This document shows positions 1 to 13,984 of a DNA stretch of 64,000 nt, in pieces. Position 1 is the first letter of the stretch. Each line of letters opens with the position of its first letter. The DNA is taken from NCBI GenBank assembly GCA_964016885.1, contig OZ024742.1, positions 49,538,001-49,602,000 of the forward strand, in the 5' to 3' direction. Origin of the DNA: Eledone cirrhosa (Eukaryota). The notes beneath the pieces were generated by a model that saw nothing but the letters and a program-made list of their open reading frames with translations, did no database searches and was not told the origin of the DNA. Made by a program: the position numbers and the translations under genes.

Positions 1-265
1 CTAAAATGAATTTTTATGCTTAGTTTGATGCAAACACAGGAAGGAGAAATAGATTGCATCAAAGCATTTAGGATTTTCGAAAGAGATAAGGGTAAAAAAA
101 GAGGATACAAATTTTATTTTTTTAAATATGATGAAGCCAGTTTCAGATTTTGGCAAGAATTCTAAATAATAGTAGACATTATATATATATATATATGAGC
201 ATATATATGTATGCACACACATAAGCACACACACATGTATTTATATCTACACACACACACACACC

Positions 266-313
<48 letters not shown>

Positions 314-872
314 TATATATACTCATAACTCCTTTACATTTGTTCTTTACCTCTTCATATCTCTACCGATCTATGCAAGATTCTAGTAACAGTTTATGGT
401 GTGTATGTTGTGAAGAAATTGCCATATTTTTCTTCAGAATTCAATAACATAAGTTGTAGTTATTTTCGTTTTTTATTGGTATATATTTGAAATCGTATTT
501 CTTTGAACAGATATTTGTTTGGCTCAGTTAAATCTCGTCAGGGATTAGTCATGCCTCTTGTTTTCGATTGGTAGATATAACATTAACCTAGCTTTGCAGC
601 CTACCTCCTCATCACTGGGTATGTAAAGATCTTCACTCTACTGCAAATATTCAGACCATATCTATAGTATCTACCCTATGAAGAAATTAACTTGCAGATG
701 TTCAGCTTGTGCATTGGCTGTGCTGTTCTTACTAATTTCAAACTTTGGGTTGTAGAATAATTACTTTCTCAGTAAACTGAGAACTCATCCTCAGGTGACT
801 TTACTCTTCTACTTTGTTGCAGGCATTTTAACCAGTTTAATTCGAAAGTTAAAGTGTTTCTAGTGCCTAGAA

Positions 873-942
873 ACTAATCAGGCTGGGGCTTATTCTAACT
901 CCATGAGACTAATCAGGCTGGGGCTTATTCTAACTCCATGAG
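873..942. repeat. Perfect 35-bp tandem duplication
   Basis: ACTAATCAGGCTGGGGCTTATTCTAACTCCATGAG occurs twice in tandem. Confidence 0.95.
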
Positions 943-2012
943 AAGCGTTAAATGACTGAGAGTACAAAAGAAGATAGCCTGTTAATCCTCACCCCACCAG
1001 CTGCTGCTGCAGCTCCTTTTCATTTTAATGGATGGGAGCAGCATGAAATGAAGTGCTTTGTTCAAGGATACAATGCACTACCTGATCTGAGGATCAAAAC
1101 CTCAATCTCACAATCTTGAGATGAACACTTCAACCATAAGGCTATGCACATACATTTTTAAAGGAGATTTTAATAAAAGGAAACACTGATATTCAACTAC
1201 TTTCAATACAAACCTATGCAAAACTAGCTATGGTTCTATGAAACACAACCATCCATTTGAAGGAGTTTCTATTTAGTTTGAAATTTTACATATGTTAAGT
1301 TACAATCTTATTAATTATATAATACATAATTTTAATAAATATCTCAAACTTTTATTTTAATTAATTGAAATACACAGTAATTCATTAGAAATATGGTCAT
1401 GAAAGAGGTAAAATAAAAACATCAATAATGTGTTTATCTAGTTTAGCTATAAATTAATATAATTCTGTAATTTGAATCACAACTGACTAATGGCAGAATA
1501 AGGCTTAAATTGATAATATATTTTTATAGATAAATATAGTTTGTTTAGTTTTAACATATGATTATAAATATATAAAAAATATTTTAACATTAATGTGCTT
1601 CCATATATGCTTGTTTTATTCAGAACTAACAATTTTGCCAGTTTCATAATTTCCTAGTAAATAGCAGTACATCTGAATGTTATACTTACTTATTCTCTAT
1701 TGCAGTCACAACTATGTAGGTTAATCTAAAGGTCTTTTTTTAATAGGACGAAACAGAAATAATCAGCCCATCTGTTCCAGCTAGTATGATTATTTAAACA
1801 ACATATTTTACCCGCTTTCTCTTTCTCTGAGTTTGTTTGCACGTGTGTATATGTGTGTGTGTACATACATACACATATAACATCATCATCATCCTCTTAC
1901 ACCCATTCTGTCATGGCTTATGCAGACACACATATATATATACACACACATACACATTTACCTTCCTAGTAGACAAAATGGATATTAAATGATTATGATA
2001 TATATATATATA

Positions 2013-2113
2013 CAGGATGTGTCCCAAAAATGTATACACACTTCAACAGCATTCTAATAAATATTGCCTGTACAGGTAATCAAAGTGTGTATACATGTTT
2101 TATGGACACCCTG
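2013..2113. mobile_element. Tiny Tc1/mariner-type MITE
   Basis: TA|CAGG..GTCC..AAAATGTATACACACTT ... AAGTGTGTATACATGTTTTATGGACACCCTG|TA: imperfect TIRs of about 30 bp with TA flanks. Confidence 0.75.
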
Positions 2114-3181
2114 TATATATAATCTGTGTAGTAACTTTCCTTCATATATGCACAAATGTTATATGAAGTAAGAAGAAAATCAAGATCAAATCCAGACAAC
2201 TGCTTATGAGCAGATGCAAGCTTTCACCATTTTCTATTGATTTCTATGATAAAATATTATTGACATAGAGAAGTGTTTATCTATACTTATATAATGTTCT
2301 GTGTGTTAATTTTTATTTTTTCCTACTGATATAAGTGAGGAAAATATAGATCCTCTCCATGGTCACTGATCCTGTTAGAAATAGCTACTATATCACACTC
2401 CACCATCCTAAAGAAACAGGCCATATTTTGGACCCCACCCTCTTTAACTTCAAAATACAAAGTTAGCTTTCTGCTGATTTGAGGAGGGATGAAGCATGAG
2501 GTTAGCAAGCTTGACTACATTAATCAAAATTGTTGCAGAAATGATGAACAGGGAAAGCATGAGTTTAAACGGAGAACCACATTTGCAGCTAGTTCTCAAC
2601 CCTTTACAGTTGAAGTCTTTAATGCAATTGCAAATTATATTCGGATGATTATTTCTTCCCTCACACATCTTGCCATGATTTTCTGTTTCAACTTCTTGCT
2701 TTCCGAACCACTACAAATTTTAAAAATTCAAAAGTAACCCTTGCCTTTTAGTGGCCTTACTTGTAGTGAGTAAATATATATATGAAATTATTTGAAGTCG
2801 TGATGTGTCAAAAATTCATAAAATTGAAAGGAACTCGAATGTAGAAATAGGTGTAAAACAGTTGGCTGCTCTGGTGGATTAAATGAAATCCTTTAATGAA
2901 TAGAAGAGTGGGCAGAGAATGATAGAAAGAGAGCATATAGCCTATGATGTGAGAATGGAGAGAAAAATGTGAGAGGAGAAAGGAGTGAATGAAAGTTACA
3001 GAGAGTATAGTGACATGGAGAGGTAATAATGAGATAACAGTGGAGAAACGCAAGATTGAATAACATAAAAGGACATGTGTATATATATATGTGTGTGTGT
3101 AAAGTAAACTGATCAACAAAGCAAACAATAAAGTACAATAAATAAATATATTAGTTTAACACTTTATATAGTAGAAAAAGT

Positions 3182-3219
3182 ATCTTAATGTTTCAGAAAC
3201 TAGTCCTTCATCAGAAGAT
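3182..3219 (-). ncRNA. Minimal hammerhead ribozyme motif (decayed Penelope-like tail)
   Basis: AUCUU-CUGAUGA-AGGA cuagu UUCU-GAAAC-AUU-AAGAU: 5-bp stem I and 4-bp stem II; followed by an AT-rich tail. Confidence 0.55.
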
Positions 3220-3594
3220 TGAATGAGAAATAAACAAAGGAATAGAAAGATAGAGAGTGAGAAGAAGAAAGACCCAAAAAAAACTTTTAGAGAAAAAGCA
3301 CATATATGTTCAGCCAGCAATATTGATGATACTCTGAGCAAACCAGATGAAGCTCCAGAGTAACAAGACTCATTACTTAGCTATAATACAGAATATTATT
3401 ATACTCTACCTTGGTATTGACACACATACTCTCATATCCGCTATCATCACACATTGGTTCATAAACACCTGTTATAACAAGTGTGTTAAACTATAGGAAA
3501 CATATTATTCTAAAATCTGCCTCCATCTTCCAATATTGGTTATCTTTGTGTCAATGCACACCACTGATAGTTATATGTTCTTCACTACATATCA

Positions 3595-3660
<66 letters not shown>

Positions 3661-5250
3661 ATACAGCCCACACACCTATACATATATATATATTTAATGC
3701 TATGCATATCCAAATGTGTAATGGTATCATTTTGTAAATATAAGAGTATGTATGTGTTTGTATGTATAATATATACACATATCTGTATGTATGTATACAT
3801 CTAAGTACAGGGAACCATACAAAGTAAATATAATTACCTGTAAATAGATTGTTATATAAGTATTTTTATTTTTCCTCATCATTTAGATAATTTTGCTTTG
3901 GGGCAATATCATCTATTTTATTTATTTATCCATTTATTTATTTTTTTTATTTTCATCCTCTTTGATTTATTTCTTTATGTTTTTCTTTCTACCTTCATTT
4001 GTCTCTTATTTTTTTTTTTTTTCCTTACATCAAAATATTTATTCCAAGACATAAAATAATGATATAGAGAACCTGCTGATAAAAAACATAAAGAAAACGG
4101 ATAAACATAACCAAACAAATTCAAAAAAGAAAAGGAAAAACTCTTCATTGTTTATTGTTATTGAATATGATGATTTTTGTAAATCATTTGATTTCTTTTT
4201 CTTTTCTTTTTGTCTTATTTTTGTTTTGTGCTTCCTTGTCATGGAGCTTCTCAAGGAAATGCTTCAAAACGCTATCAATGAACAAGATAAAGTTTATTCT
4301 TGCCAATGAAATTTCAAGAATTTATCTCTGAGTTGAATTTAAAAAAAATAAAAATTAAAAAAAAAATTGTTATAGTGAAAAATATACAGGAAGCTTTATC
4401 TGATAAGAAACACTTTTTAAATAATTACAGGAAGTATACCAGCTACATATAGTTTATTTAGCTAATGCATTACTTTTAACTGTGCCAAAATCAATATTAA
4501 CAAAGAGCGAATCTTAGATATAACAAAAAAGAAAAGGAAAATGAAAAACTTGCCACAGGGTAGGAGAGAGCTGGTTGTTGATAGCAAATGGCAAGGTAAA
4601 GGTAGATAGGTATACTTTAGAACATCTGATATATTATATTGTAACAAATAAAGATAGTAGGTAGAAAAAATGAATGAATGTGATGTTCCTATAGTTATAT
4701 ATTATATATTGAAGTAGAGTTTCTTTTTATGTTTTATAGATTTATTTCACAACATAAGTGTATAAGATAATCAGAATATGTTTGGATGGTTTGATTGTAA
4801 TTCAGTTCAGAAATGTGCTCACTGCATGAATATACCTGAAGCAGAAACATTATTGGGTTTATGGGGAAAGTATCTGACAAAGGGCGTATGTTTCTGTATA
4901 TGTGGTATGTTTACTGAAGTATCTGACAAAGGGTGTGTTCTTGTCTATATGTGTGTTTGTTTACTCGAATAAAAATCTAGCTATTATTTCATATATGTAG
5001 GTAAATGGGACATGAATGCTATAGGCAAAATTCTGATCAATTTATCAATCCTTCTTATTATCACTCTGATGTATTGATTATTCAGTTCCTATTCACTATT
5101 AATCTAATCACACAAATACACTTTGATATCAAAGATCTATCGATATAACATACATAGTTCCGTTGATTCATATAAGTATATATATTGACATATGCATTCT
5201 TGTGTGTGTGTGCATAAATTTAATTTACTGCATAAATGTTCTAGATTTTG

Positions 5251-5314
<64 letters not shown>

Positions 5315-5342
5315 GTATGTATATATATGTATATATATATAT

Positions 5343-6060
5343 ATCATCATCATCATAATCGTTTAACGTCCATCTTCGACGCTTGCATGAGTTTGGAAGG
5401 GAATTTTCCCACTTGAGGCAAGAGTGGTTGTCTTGCTCGAATAGGACTGTCTGGCGGGTTATCTATGGCTGGATGCCCTTCCTAACACCAACCACGTTTA
5501 CAGTGTGGAACTGGGTGGTTTTTACTGTGTTACCTACACGGCCACATTACACCGTGGACTGTGTGTTTTTTTGTCGTGACACCTACACGACCTCATTTAT
5601 TTCGTACTGGATGTTGTGGTACCAACATAACTTTACATTGAAAGGAGTGGTGTGGATGGGGTGGGGGTAGTGGGATGGGGTGTATTTTTGTTAAGAGGTG
5701 CCAACTGACTGTAGGTTTTTCTTTGTACTTAGGCAAGGCGGGTCTTCTGTATTACTGTGTAGCGCCAAAGATCTCGGTCCAGTGACATTGTCTTGGAGAG
5801 GTGTAAGTGTGTGAGGTCGGAATTTATAAAGTCGATTCAGGTTTTTCTGGATCTGCCTACTCCGTGGCTACCGTCTATTTTTATCGCCCTGCACCTTTTT
5901 ATACAGCTGTCGTCTTTCATGTGCATCACGTGACCGTACCGATGTAGTCTCCTCTCGAGTAAACAACATCTGATCCCTCTTATTCCTAATTTCTCCCTTA
6001 GTTCGTTTATGCTTTGCCGTTCACGTATTACTATTACACATCCAGCGGAGAATGCAAGCT
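5343..6060 (-). mobile_element. 3' fragment of RTE family B
   Basis: Highly similar to 30465-31165; (GAT)n tail next to (TA)n. Confidence 0.9.
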
Positions 6061-6409
6061 ACAGAAATATTCCATATATTCTTCCAGAGCAATCTCTATT
6101 TAGAATTTACATTTTACACTTACTTGTCCGCCATTGCAAAAGGCCATAAATTGAAAATGTTGAAGAGAGAGGAAAAGAGACAAGTGAACTATGAACTTGT
6201 ACATCTCACTGACCTCCACCACCACAATAACAATAACGTCTACACTCGCTCCCCACCATTACCACATTACTCATTACTCTATCTAAGGTGGCTGATCTGT
6301 TGACTGTTGACATACTGCTAACTCTTTTGATGTATGTATGTGTATATACATATATATATGTGTGTGTATATGTGTATGTATATGTATATCTCAGTGGATG
6401 CGACCATAT

Positions 6410-6975
6410 TTCAACACAGCAACAACTACAACTACAACAACAACAACAGCAACAACACCATTGTATGTGTTGAATGTGTGTGTATGTATGTATTTATATA
6501 TATGCGACTACAATAACAGCATCAACACCATTGTCTGCAGCAACAGCAGCAGTGAAATGAAGAACAACAACAACAGCGACAACAACAACAACAACAACGA
6601 CGACAACAACAACAACAACGACAACAACAGCAACAACACCATTGTCTGTGTTGAATGTGTGTATGTATGTATTTATATATATGCGACTACAATAACAGCA
6701 TCAACACCATTGTCTGCAGCAGCAGTGAAATGAAGAACAACAACAACGGCAGCAGCAGCAACAACAACAACAACAACAACAACAGCAACAGCAGCAGCAA
6801 CTACAATAACAACTACAGCAACAACAACTGCCACCACCATCACTGACCATCCACCACCACCACCATCACCATATTGACACCATTCACCACCACCACCACC
6901 ACCACCACCACCACCACCACCACCACCACCACCACCATTACCAGCGTAAAGCAAACAATTATTATTATTATTATA
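6410..6975. repeat. Compound (CAA)/(CAG)/(CAC)/(TTA) microsatellite with a duplicated unit of about 180 bp
   Basis: AACACCATTGT.TGTGTTGAATGTGTG...GTGAAATGAAGAACAAC occurs near 6450 and 6630. Confidence 0.9.
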
Positions 6976-7228
6976 TAAAAACTGAACTGGACTGGGAAAA
7001 GTCAACAGTTGACATGATTTTGATTTTGTATTTGTATCAGTACTGCCGGTAATATATATATATATATATGTGTGTGTTTATGAGTGGTGTGTGTGTTTGT
7101 ATGCATGAATGAGTGTTGGTGTGTGAGTGGCGTGTGTGTATTTGTGGTTTGTATACATGAGTGTTGGTGTGTGAGTGTGTGTGTGTGTGTGTCGTGTCAA
7201 TAAGTGTTTTTTTGTTTTTTTTTTAAAT

Positions 7229-10200
7229 GACCATGCTGTAAAATGGAGGGGTAGAGAGGGCCCTTGAGTCTAGTAAGACATCCTCTCTAGTGCTGGTGGC
7301 ACAAATAAAAGCACCCAGTCCATGCTGTAAAGTGGCGCTGGTGTTAGGAAGGGCATCCAACCAGTGTATCGATGCCAAAACGCTTATCAGCACACCAACA
7401 AATAGGAACAACAACAAAATATGAAGACGTCGCATCTCAGAGTTGCAACACTTAATGTTGGCACTCTCAGAGGTAGATCTGCTGAAATAGTGGAGATGCT
7501 GGAGAGAAGGCATGTGGATGTGTGCTGTGTGTAAGAGGTGAGATGGAGAGGTGCCTCTGCGAGACTAGTCGTAGGCAAACGTCTTAGCTATAAGCTATTC
7601 TGGGTAGGTAAGGATGATGGGTTAGGGGGAGTAGGCATTTGCCTAACTGAGAAATGGATCAATAAGACAATAGAGGTAGTTCGAGTTAGTAATCGAATAA
7701 TTAAGCTTAGATTAGTTGTAGGCAGGAGACTACTGACATCTCGGCCTATGCTCCCCAAGCAGGCCTAGGCAAAGATGAGAAAGACTGCTTTTACGAGCAA
7801 CTTTTACAAACAACCGCAATGACAGAGGACGGAGACATTGTTATGCTAGCAGGAGACTTCAATGGTCATGTTGGACAGCTCCAGGATGGTTACACTGGGG
7901 TACATGGTGGGCACGGTTACGGCTCAAGAAATGAAGAAGGAGTGAGACTTCTTGAATTTTGTGATGCAGGTACATTGACTATTTGCAGCATAAACTTCCA
8001 GAAACCTGCCAATCACCTAATAACCTACAAATCTGGTGAGCACATAAGCCAGATTGACTTCTTACTAGTTAGGGAGAAGGACAGGCAGATAGTGTCTAAT
8101 AACAAGGCATACCCTGGGGAAGAATGTACCCCACAGCATAGGTTAGTCATTAGTGATATCTCAGTAAGCAAGAGATGGAATGAGACATACAGGAAGGTGT
8201 GGAAAAGATAGGTCTGGAAACTAAAATACCTTTCACTAAAATACAAATTTAGGAAAGCCCTTCAAGATGTATATGACGAAAAAGAAGACGATTTAGAGAC
8301 GTATGACATAGATAATAACTGGAATTTCTTACGTGACAACTTGCTGCAGGCTACTGATGAAACTTGTGGCTGGAGCAGAGCTCCAACCAGACAGAGAGTG
8401 ACCTGGTGGTGGAACAGCACAGTAGATAAGGCCATTAGAGACAAAAGACTAGCATGGAAGGCTTGGAAAAAGGGTGGGAGAAGGGAAGAATATACAGCCA
8501 CTAAGAGAGAAGCTAGACGTCAGGTGTACTTAGCACGCAGAGAGGTGGAGAGTAGGAGGTTTGCCAATGTTCTGCGACGGGAAGATCAGAGGCGTGCGGT
8601 GTTCCACATTGCAAGGCAGTGTGTCAATGAAAATCAGGATGTTGTTGGAGATAAATGTGTCCGGGATGATGCCGGTGTACATAGTGTCACGAATGATCAG
8701 AAAAAGGAGGCCTGGAAATGTCATTAGGAGAGACTGATGAATGTGGAGAACGAATGGGAGAGAGAGAAATTACCCTTAGTAGATCCGACAGAGGGACCAG
8801 CTATTGAGATTGACGAATATAGGGTCCAAGAGGATATTAGGGAAATGAAAGGCTGCTGGACCATCGGGAATAGTTGCTGAGATGCTGAAGGCATCAGGGG
8901 ACGTAGGCACTAAACTGGTTCCACGCATCATCAATCAGGCTATATATGGTGGTGTCATACCCAAAGACTGGTGCAGCAGTATTCTCATAAATTGCTACAA
9001 AGGTAAAGGGGATGCTCTGGAGAGGAGCAATTATAGGGGTATAAAACTGATGGATCAGGGTATGAAAGTGGCAGAAAGGATATTAGCACAACTAATTAGA
9101 GAAAGGGTCAAACTAGATGAGATGCAGTTTGGTTTTGTACCTGGGAAGAGTACAACAGATGCCCTCTTCTTGGTGAGACAATTGCAAGAGAGGTTCTTAG
9201 AGAAAAATAAGCAACTATACTTAGCCTTTGTTGACCTAGAGAAGGCCTTTCATAGGGTACCCAGATCTGTCATCTGGTGGTCCCTAAGGAAGCTAGGTGT
9301 TGAGGAATGGTTTGTGAGGACAGTGCAAACTTTGTACAGAGGTACTCTCAGTAAAGTCAGGGTAGGAATGGAGTTTAATGAGGAATTCCAGATACAAGTA
9401 GGAGTATATCAAGGTTCGCTACTCAGCCCGCTCTTGTTCATTATAGTCCTCCAAGCCATAACAGAGGAGTTTAAGACTGGCTGTCCATGGGAACTTCTCT
9501 ATGCTGACGATCTGGTTCTTATAGCAGAATCAATAGAGGAGCTAGAGAATAAATTCTGGCTATGGAAACAGCAGTTGGAAGCAAGAGGACTGAGAGTGAA
9601 CCTAGCTAAGACAAAAGTGTTGATGAGTAGAAAAGAGGACAAAACTCTGATTCCGTCAAGGAAATGGCCATGTTCAATATGCAGAAAAGGAACTGGCATA
9701 AATTCTATAAAAGGCATACAATGCAGATCCTGGGTACACAAGGGATAGCAGGCAAACTAACAGCTAGGGAGAAATATGTATGCAGTAGATGTACTAGGAA
9801 ATTAGACAGTAGAAGTCGCATTGATAGACACATTTTTCAGATGCAGGAGGGCGCTATAGAAGTGGTGGATAGCTTCCGGTACCTAGGAAATCAGATTAGC
9901 ATGGGAGGAGGGTGTTCCGAGGCCATAGTATCTAGAATAAGGACGGGTTGGAAGAAGTTTAGGGAGCTGCTTCTTCTGTTGACGAAGAAGGGATTCTCCC
10001 TGCGTACGAAAGGCCGGTTGTATGATGCCTGTGTGAGGGGCGCGATGCTGCATGGTAGTGAGACATGGGCAGCAACTGCAGAGGATATGCGACGGCTGGA
10101 GAGAAATGAGGCAAGCATGCTCCGTTGGATGTGCAGTGTAAATGTGCGTGAACGACACAGCATAAATGTGTTGAGAGAGAAACTGTGTCTGAGAGGGATA

Positions 10201-10480
10201 GAATTAGTGTACGGGAGAGGAGACTGAGGTGGTATGGACATGTGATGCGCATGGAGGATGACCGATGGGTGAAGAAGTGCCAGGAAATGCCAGTTGAAGG
10301 AAGACGTGGTAGAGGTAGACCACTAAAAACATGGGCGGAGGTGGTGAGAACAGACCTCAGATCATTGAAGCTCACGGTGGGATGACGAAGGACCGTGACG
10401 AGTGGAGAGATGCTGTGCTGAATAAGATCCATCCCACCCTTGCAAACAGGGAAAAGTGGACGTAAAATGATGATGATGAT
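7229..10480 (+). mobile_element. Near full-length RTE-clade LINE (family A), single APE+RT ORF disrupted
   Basis: ATG at 7421 (MKTSHLRVATLNVGTL), APE motifs GDFNGHVG and SQIDFLL, RT motifs QFGF, AFVDLEKAF, GVYQGS.LSP and LLYADDLVL, C-terminal RLRWYGHVMR, (GAT)n tail. Several stops and frameshifts. Confidence 0.95.
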
Positions 10481-10594
10481 ACCCTAAGTATCAAATACTC
10501 AGGTGGGTTATGGTCCACCTGGTTCCTTACGACACTTCCTTCATTTCACACATATATATATATATATATAACACATATATATTTATATACATAC

Positions 10595-10654
<60 letters not shown>

Positions 10655-10656
<2 letters not shown>

Positions 10657-10835
10657 TCATCATCATCATCATCATTGTTTAACGTCTATCTTCCACACTA
10701 ACATGGGTTAGATGGGCATTGTCCCATTTGAAGCAAGATTGGTCGGGTGACCATGTCTCGCTTGTATAGGACTATCTGGCAGGATTTCTTTGGCTGGATT
10801 CCCTTCCTCACACCATCCACATTTAGAGTGTGGAT
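10655..10835 (-). mobile_element. RTE-tailed non-autonomous/3' UTR fragment
   Basis: (CAT)n, GTTTAACGTC...CATGGGTTAGA and GGCTGGAttCCCTTCCT, as in the family B tail. Related fragments lie near 22790-22880, 41280-41380, 51840-52330 and 61785-62160. Confidence 0.7.
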
Positions 10836-10947
10836 ATATATATATATATGGATATATATATATAATTATATTATATTATTTAGTACCAGTAATGCACAGG
10901 GTATTTGCTGACCTTGTGCCTTAAGTAGAAACAATTATTTATATTCG

Positions 10948-11135
10948 TTGGATTGGCAGTATCGGTAGAGTGTCGGACGCCATGCTTTCCAGCATAGTTA
11001 CTTCCCTTTACGGTCTGAGTTCAAATCCCGTCGAGGTTAACTCTGCCTTTCATCCTTACGGGGTCGATAAAATAAAGTACCAGTAATGCACTGGGTAATT
11101 GCTGGCCTTGTGCCAAATGTAGAAACAATTATTTA
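10948..11135 (+). mobile_element. Same SINE family, preceded by an extra 3' piece at 10880-10945
   Basis: Matches 22237-22428; the 3' 60 nt occur twice in tandem. Confidence 0.85.
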
Positions 11136-11717
11136 TATTCGTATGTGAAACAATTGTGCTACCTAAGGTTTCAAGGCCCAATATTGACCATATCTTCAAA
11201 ATGTAAGAGGGATCCAAGTTGTGACCTAATCTTCAGGTGCATAAAGAAGTTTTGAAAATACTGTTAAAAATGTTAGTATTCTTGCGCTATAGCAGATATA
11301 TGGTATTATGAGGTGGTATGTAATATAGAGGTGGTAATATTCATTAACTCATAGGTGTACTGTATTATGTAAGTATAGAAAATTAAAGAGACAGAAAAAT
11401 TATTAAGGAAGTATATAAATCAAATTATGGTGGTTGAAAATCAGTTGAATTTGTTGGGTATTTCCACCTAGTAAGCAGTAGGCATTTAAGACTGAGGCAT
11501 CAGCTATAACAAAAGAATACAAACAAGTATACTACTTTACTATTCAAAATTTACATTTTGGAGTTATTTCCCTTTGTTGTAATATGTCTTTGTAAACTAT
11601 CGTTTTAGCACCTGAAGATTAGGTTACAATTTTGATCCCTCTTACAATCTGGAGATATGTTCAATATTGGGTCTTGGAACTTTAGGTAGTGCTTTTGTTC
11701 CATGTATGAACATAAAT
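11131..11717. mobile_element. MITE with about 125-bp imperfect TIRs
   Basis: CCCAATATTGACCATATC..GTAAGAGGGATC..ACCTAATCTTCAGGTGC is mirrored by GCACCTGAAGATTAGGT..GATCCCTCTTAC..GATATGTTCAATATTGGG. Confidence 0.8.
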
Positions 11718-11843
11718 AAATAATATATCAGCTCTCTTTACGATTGAGCACCCTTTTCCTTTTACACAGCGACAGCTATTTTCTATACACACACACACAG
11801 AGACAGAGAGGGAGAGAGAGAGAGAGAGAGAAAGGAGAGAGAG

Positions 11844-11913
<70 letters not shown>

Positions 11914-12578
11914 ACCTGTACAATTTTAAAGTAAAAAATGTTTCTTTTTTATTAATTCAGCATTTAAAGCATATATGATTGATATCTTCAGCACATCACA
12001 TCTATTTCAACATTATTTGAGATTTGAAATCATGTAGCAATATTTCATATTTCTTGGTGTTACATAGGCATGTATATAAATGATTTATATGACAGAGAAA
12101 CACAAGTATAAAATATGGATTTAATTATAATTCACCATCAGTTATCACACAGTTTATGAATCATTATATACAGTATATTGTAATTAAAGATCTATAGAAT
12201 GACCAAACTAACCAATGCTACTGAATCTATATTAATGTGTTACCTTGACGTATAGTACAGTGCCTGCACGTGAGTGTGTTTGGAGTACTGTTTGTTTATG
12301 TTTGGCAAATAGAGATCGCTAAAAAAAGTACTCATCTGTGTTCCATTTTTCATGCACAACTAACATTACATATCTGGCTGAGCAGGCTAGCCTAGTTTCA
12401 TGTTAATCTTTGCACAGCCTCTGTATTCACTGACCATATCTAACTAGCATTCAGCATAGCACTTTGTACATGTCTGAGTTTAAAAGCCATCAATGCCAGC
12501 TTTGCTACTGGGGTTGATTCATATCCTATATCATTCTCTCTTTCTCTGATAAACAGTCCCCTATCTAGCCTTAATAAA

Positions 12579-12630
<52 letters not shown>

Positions 12631-12631
<1 letters not shown>

Positions 12632-12740
12632 TTAGGAAAATAAGAAAAAAAGTAGAAACTGTTAATATGATTTTCTCATAGAATAACAACAAAATATTTT
12701 TTCAAAAGTAATTTTTCGTACCGGTTTCAGTGGATAATTA
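12631..12740 (-). mobile_element. Probable Penelope-like 3' tail truncated within the hammerhead
   Basis: Minus strand reads GAAACCGGTA (3' half of a minimal hammerhead) then an AT-rich tail, embedded between (TA)n tracts. Confidence 0.4.
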
Positions 12741-13984
12741 TATATATATATATATATATATATAACATATATATGTAATATAGTCACAGTTTGAGCTGTC
12801 CTACTATGTTAAGTAACTCACTACTTATCTATTAGAGATTAAAATCGCACAATTAAAAGAAATAAAAAATACCCACAGAGAGGAATATGGATTGGCAGTT
12901 ACTTTGCCGCATAATCTCTAATGCCCAGCAGACAATAGATATGTGGTCATATTTCTGTATACGTTTTTCCTTTCTTTCTCAATTGTTGCTTGTAATATCA
13001 ACGTCGTTATAGCTGATATTACTTTGTAGTTAGTTAAATTAACTGGAAAAATTATTTTCTGTACTAAGGTAACTGGAAATGTAGAATATTCTACAAGGAG
13101 TCCAATTTCAAAATTTCAGATGATTTCAACAATTATAGGTTAACATACTGATGTCACAGCACTTCACAATATTTTGTGGTTTTCTTTTGCCTCTACATCT
13201 AAGACTGCATCAATGTATCTTTAACTTAATTTTAACAAAATTTCTGCTGAAATAACACGTAAAGAAAAATAATAGATTATGTGGGAAAAAACATTAAAAA
13301 ACAGAGCAGAAAATATCAACGAAAGAGAAGTGAGAAAAAACAAAAACAACATAATTGAACGTGCTAAATTAGTGACATATGCTGGAGATGGAATATAATT
13401 GACAATTCTATTAGTACACACACATTAAGTATTAATTATATTTACTTTCTTCTTTGAATAAGACTTTAGGAAAAAGAATTATTGGGTGTTTGACAAAATA
13501 TTACTCGCATTGTTACACGATTGCAGCTGCTGTTATGTTAATGTTTGAAACAATTTTGAATATCAAAAAAATCATGAAATCTACGATTATTATACTTTAC
13601 ACTGATTTAAATTAGAAAATAGATTATATGAATATATTTGACCTACATATATCCATAATTTTCCACCTATTTCTTCCTATTTATAAATCTCTCCATGAAA
13701 ATGTAGCAAATTGGCAGAGTCGTTAAAATATCCAAATAATTCTTTGCTGTATTCGTTTTGGCTCTGTCTCTGCCCTCAGACTTCAAATCCCGTCGAGCCA
13801 AACTTTGCCTGTCCTCTCTTTGAGGTCGTTAAATAAAGCGCCAATCCAGTACTGGGGTCAATTCCTCATATATATCTGTCTTTCTCATTTCTCTATCAGT
13901 CTTTTTCTGGAAGAAATTGGTTTCAATCTGAGAGAGAGGATAGACTCTGCCAAATTTAATGTGCCCAAGATAAATTGTATATCA

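Noticed and set aside
211-447. YIYI/HTHT/CVCV/ERER/SLSL ORFs here and throughout the window
   Set aside because: Translations of dinucleotide microsatellites.
4167-4331. 54-codon ORF MMIFVNHLISFSFLFVLFLFCASLSWS... resembling a signal-peptide first exon
   Set aside because: The hydrophobicity is explained by a T-rich tract, and no convincing phase-1 GT donor precedes the stop.
6288-7005. Poly-Q/N/T/G ORFs
   Set aside because: Compound triplet microsatellite interleaved with TA/TG tracts; no splice or domain support.
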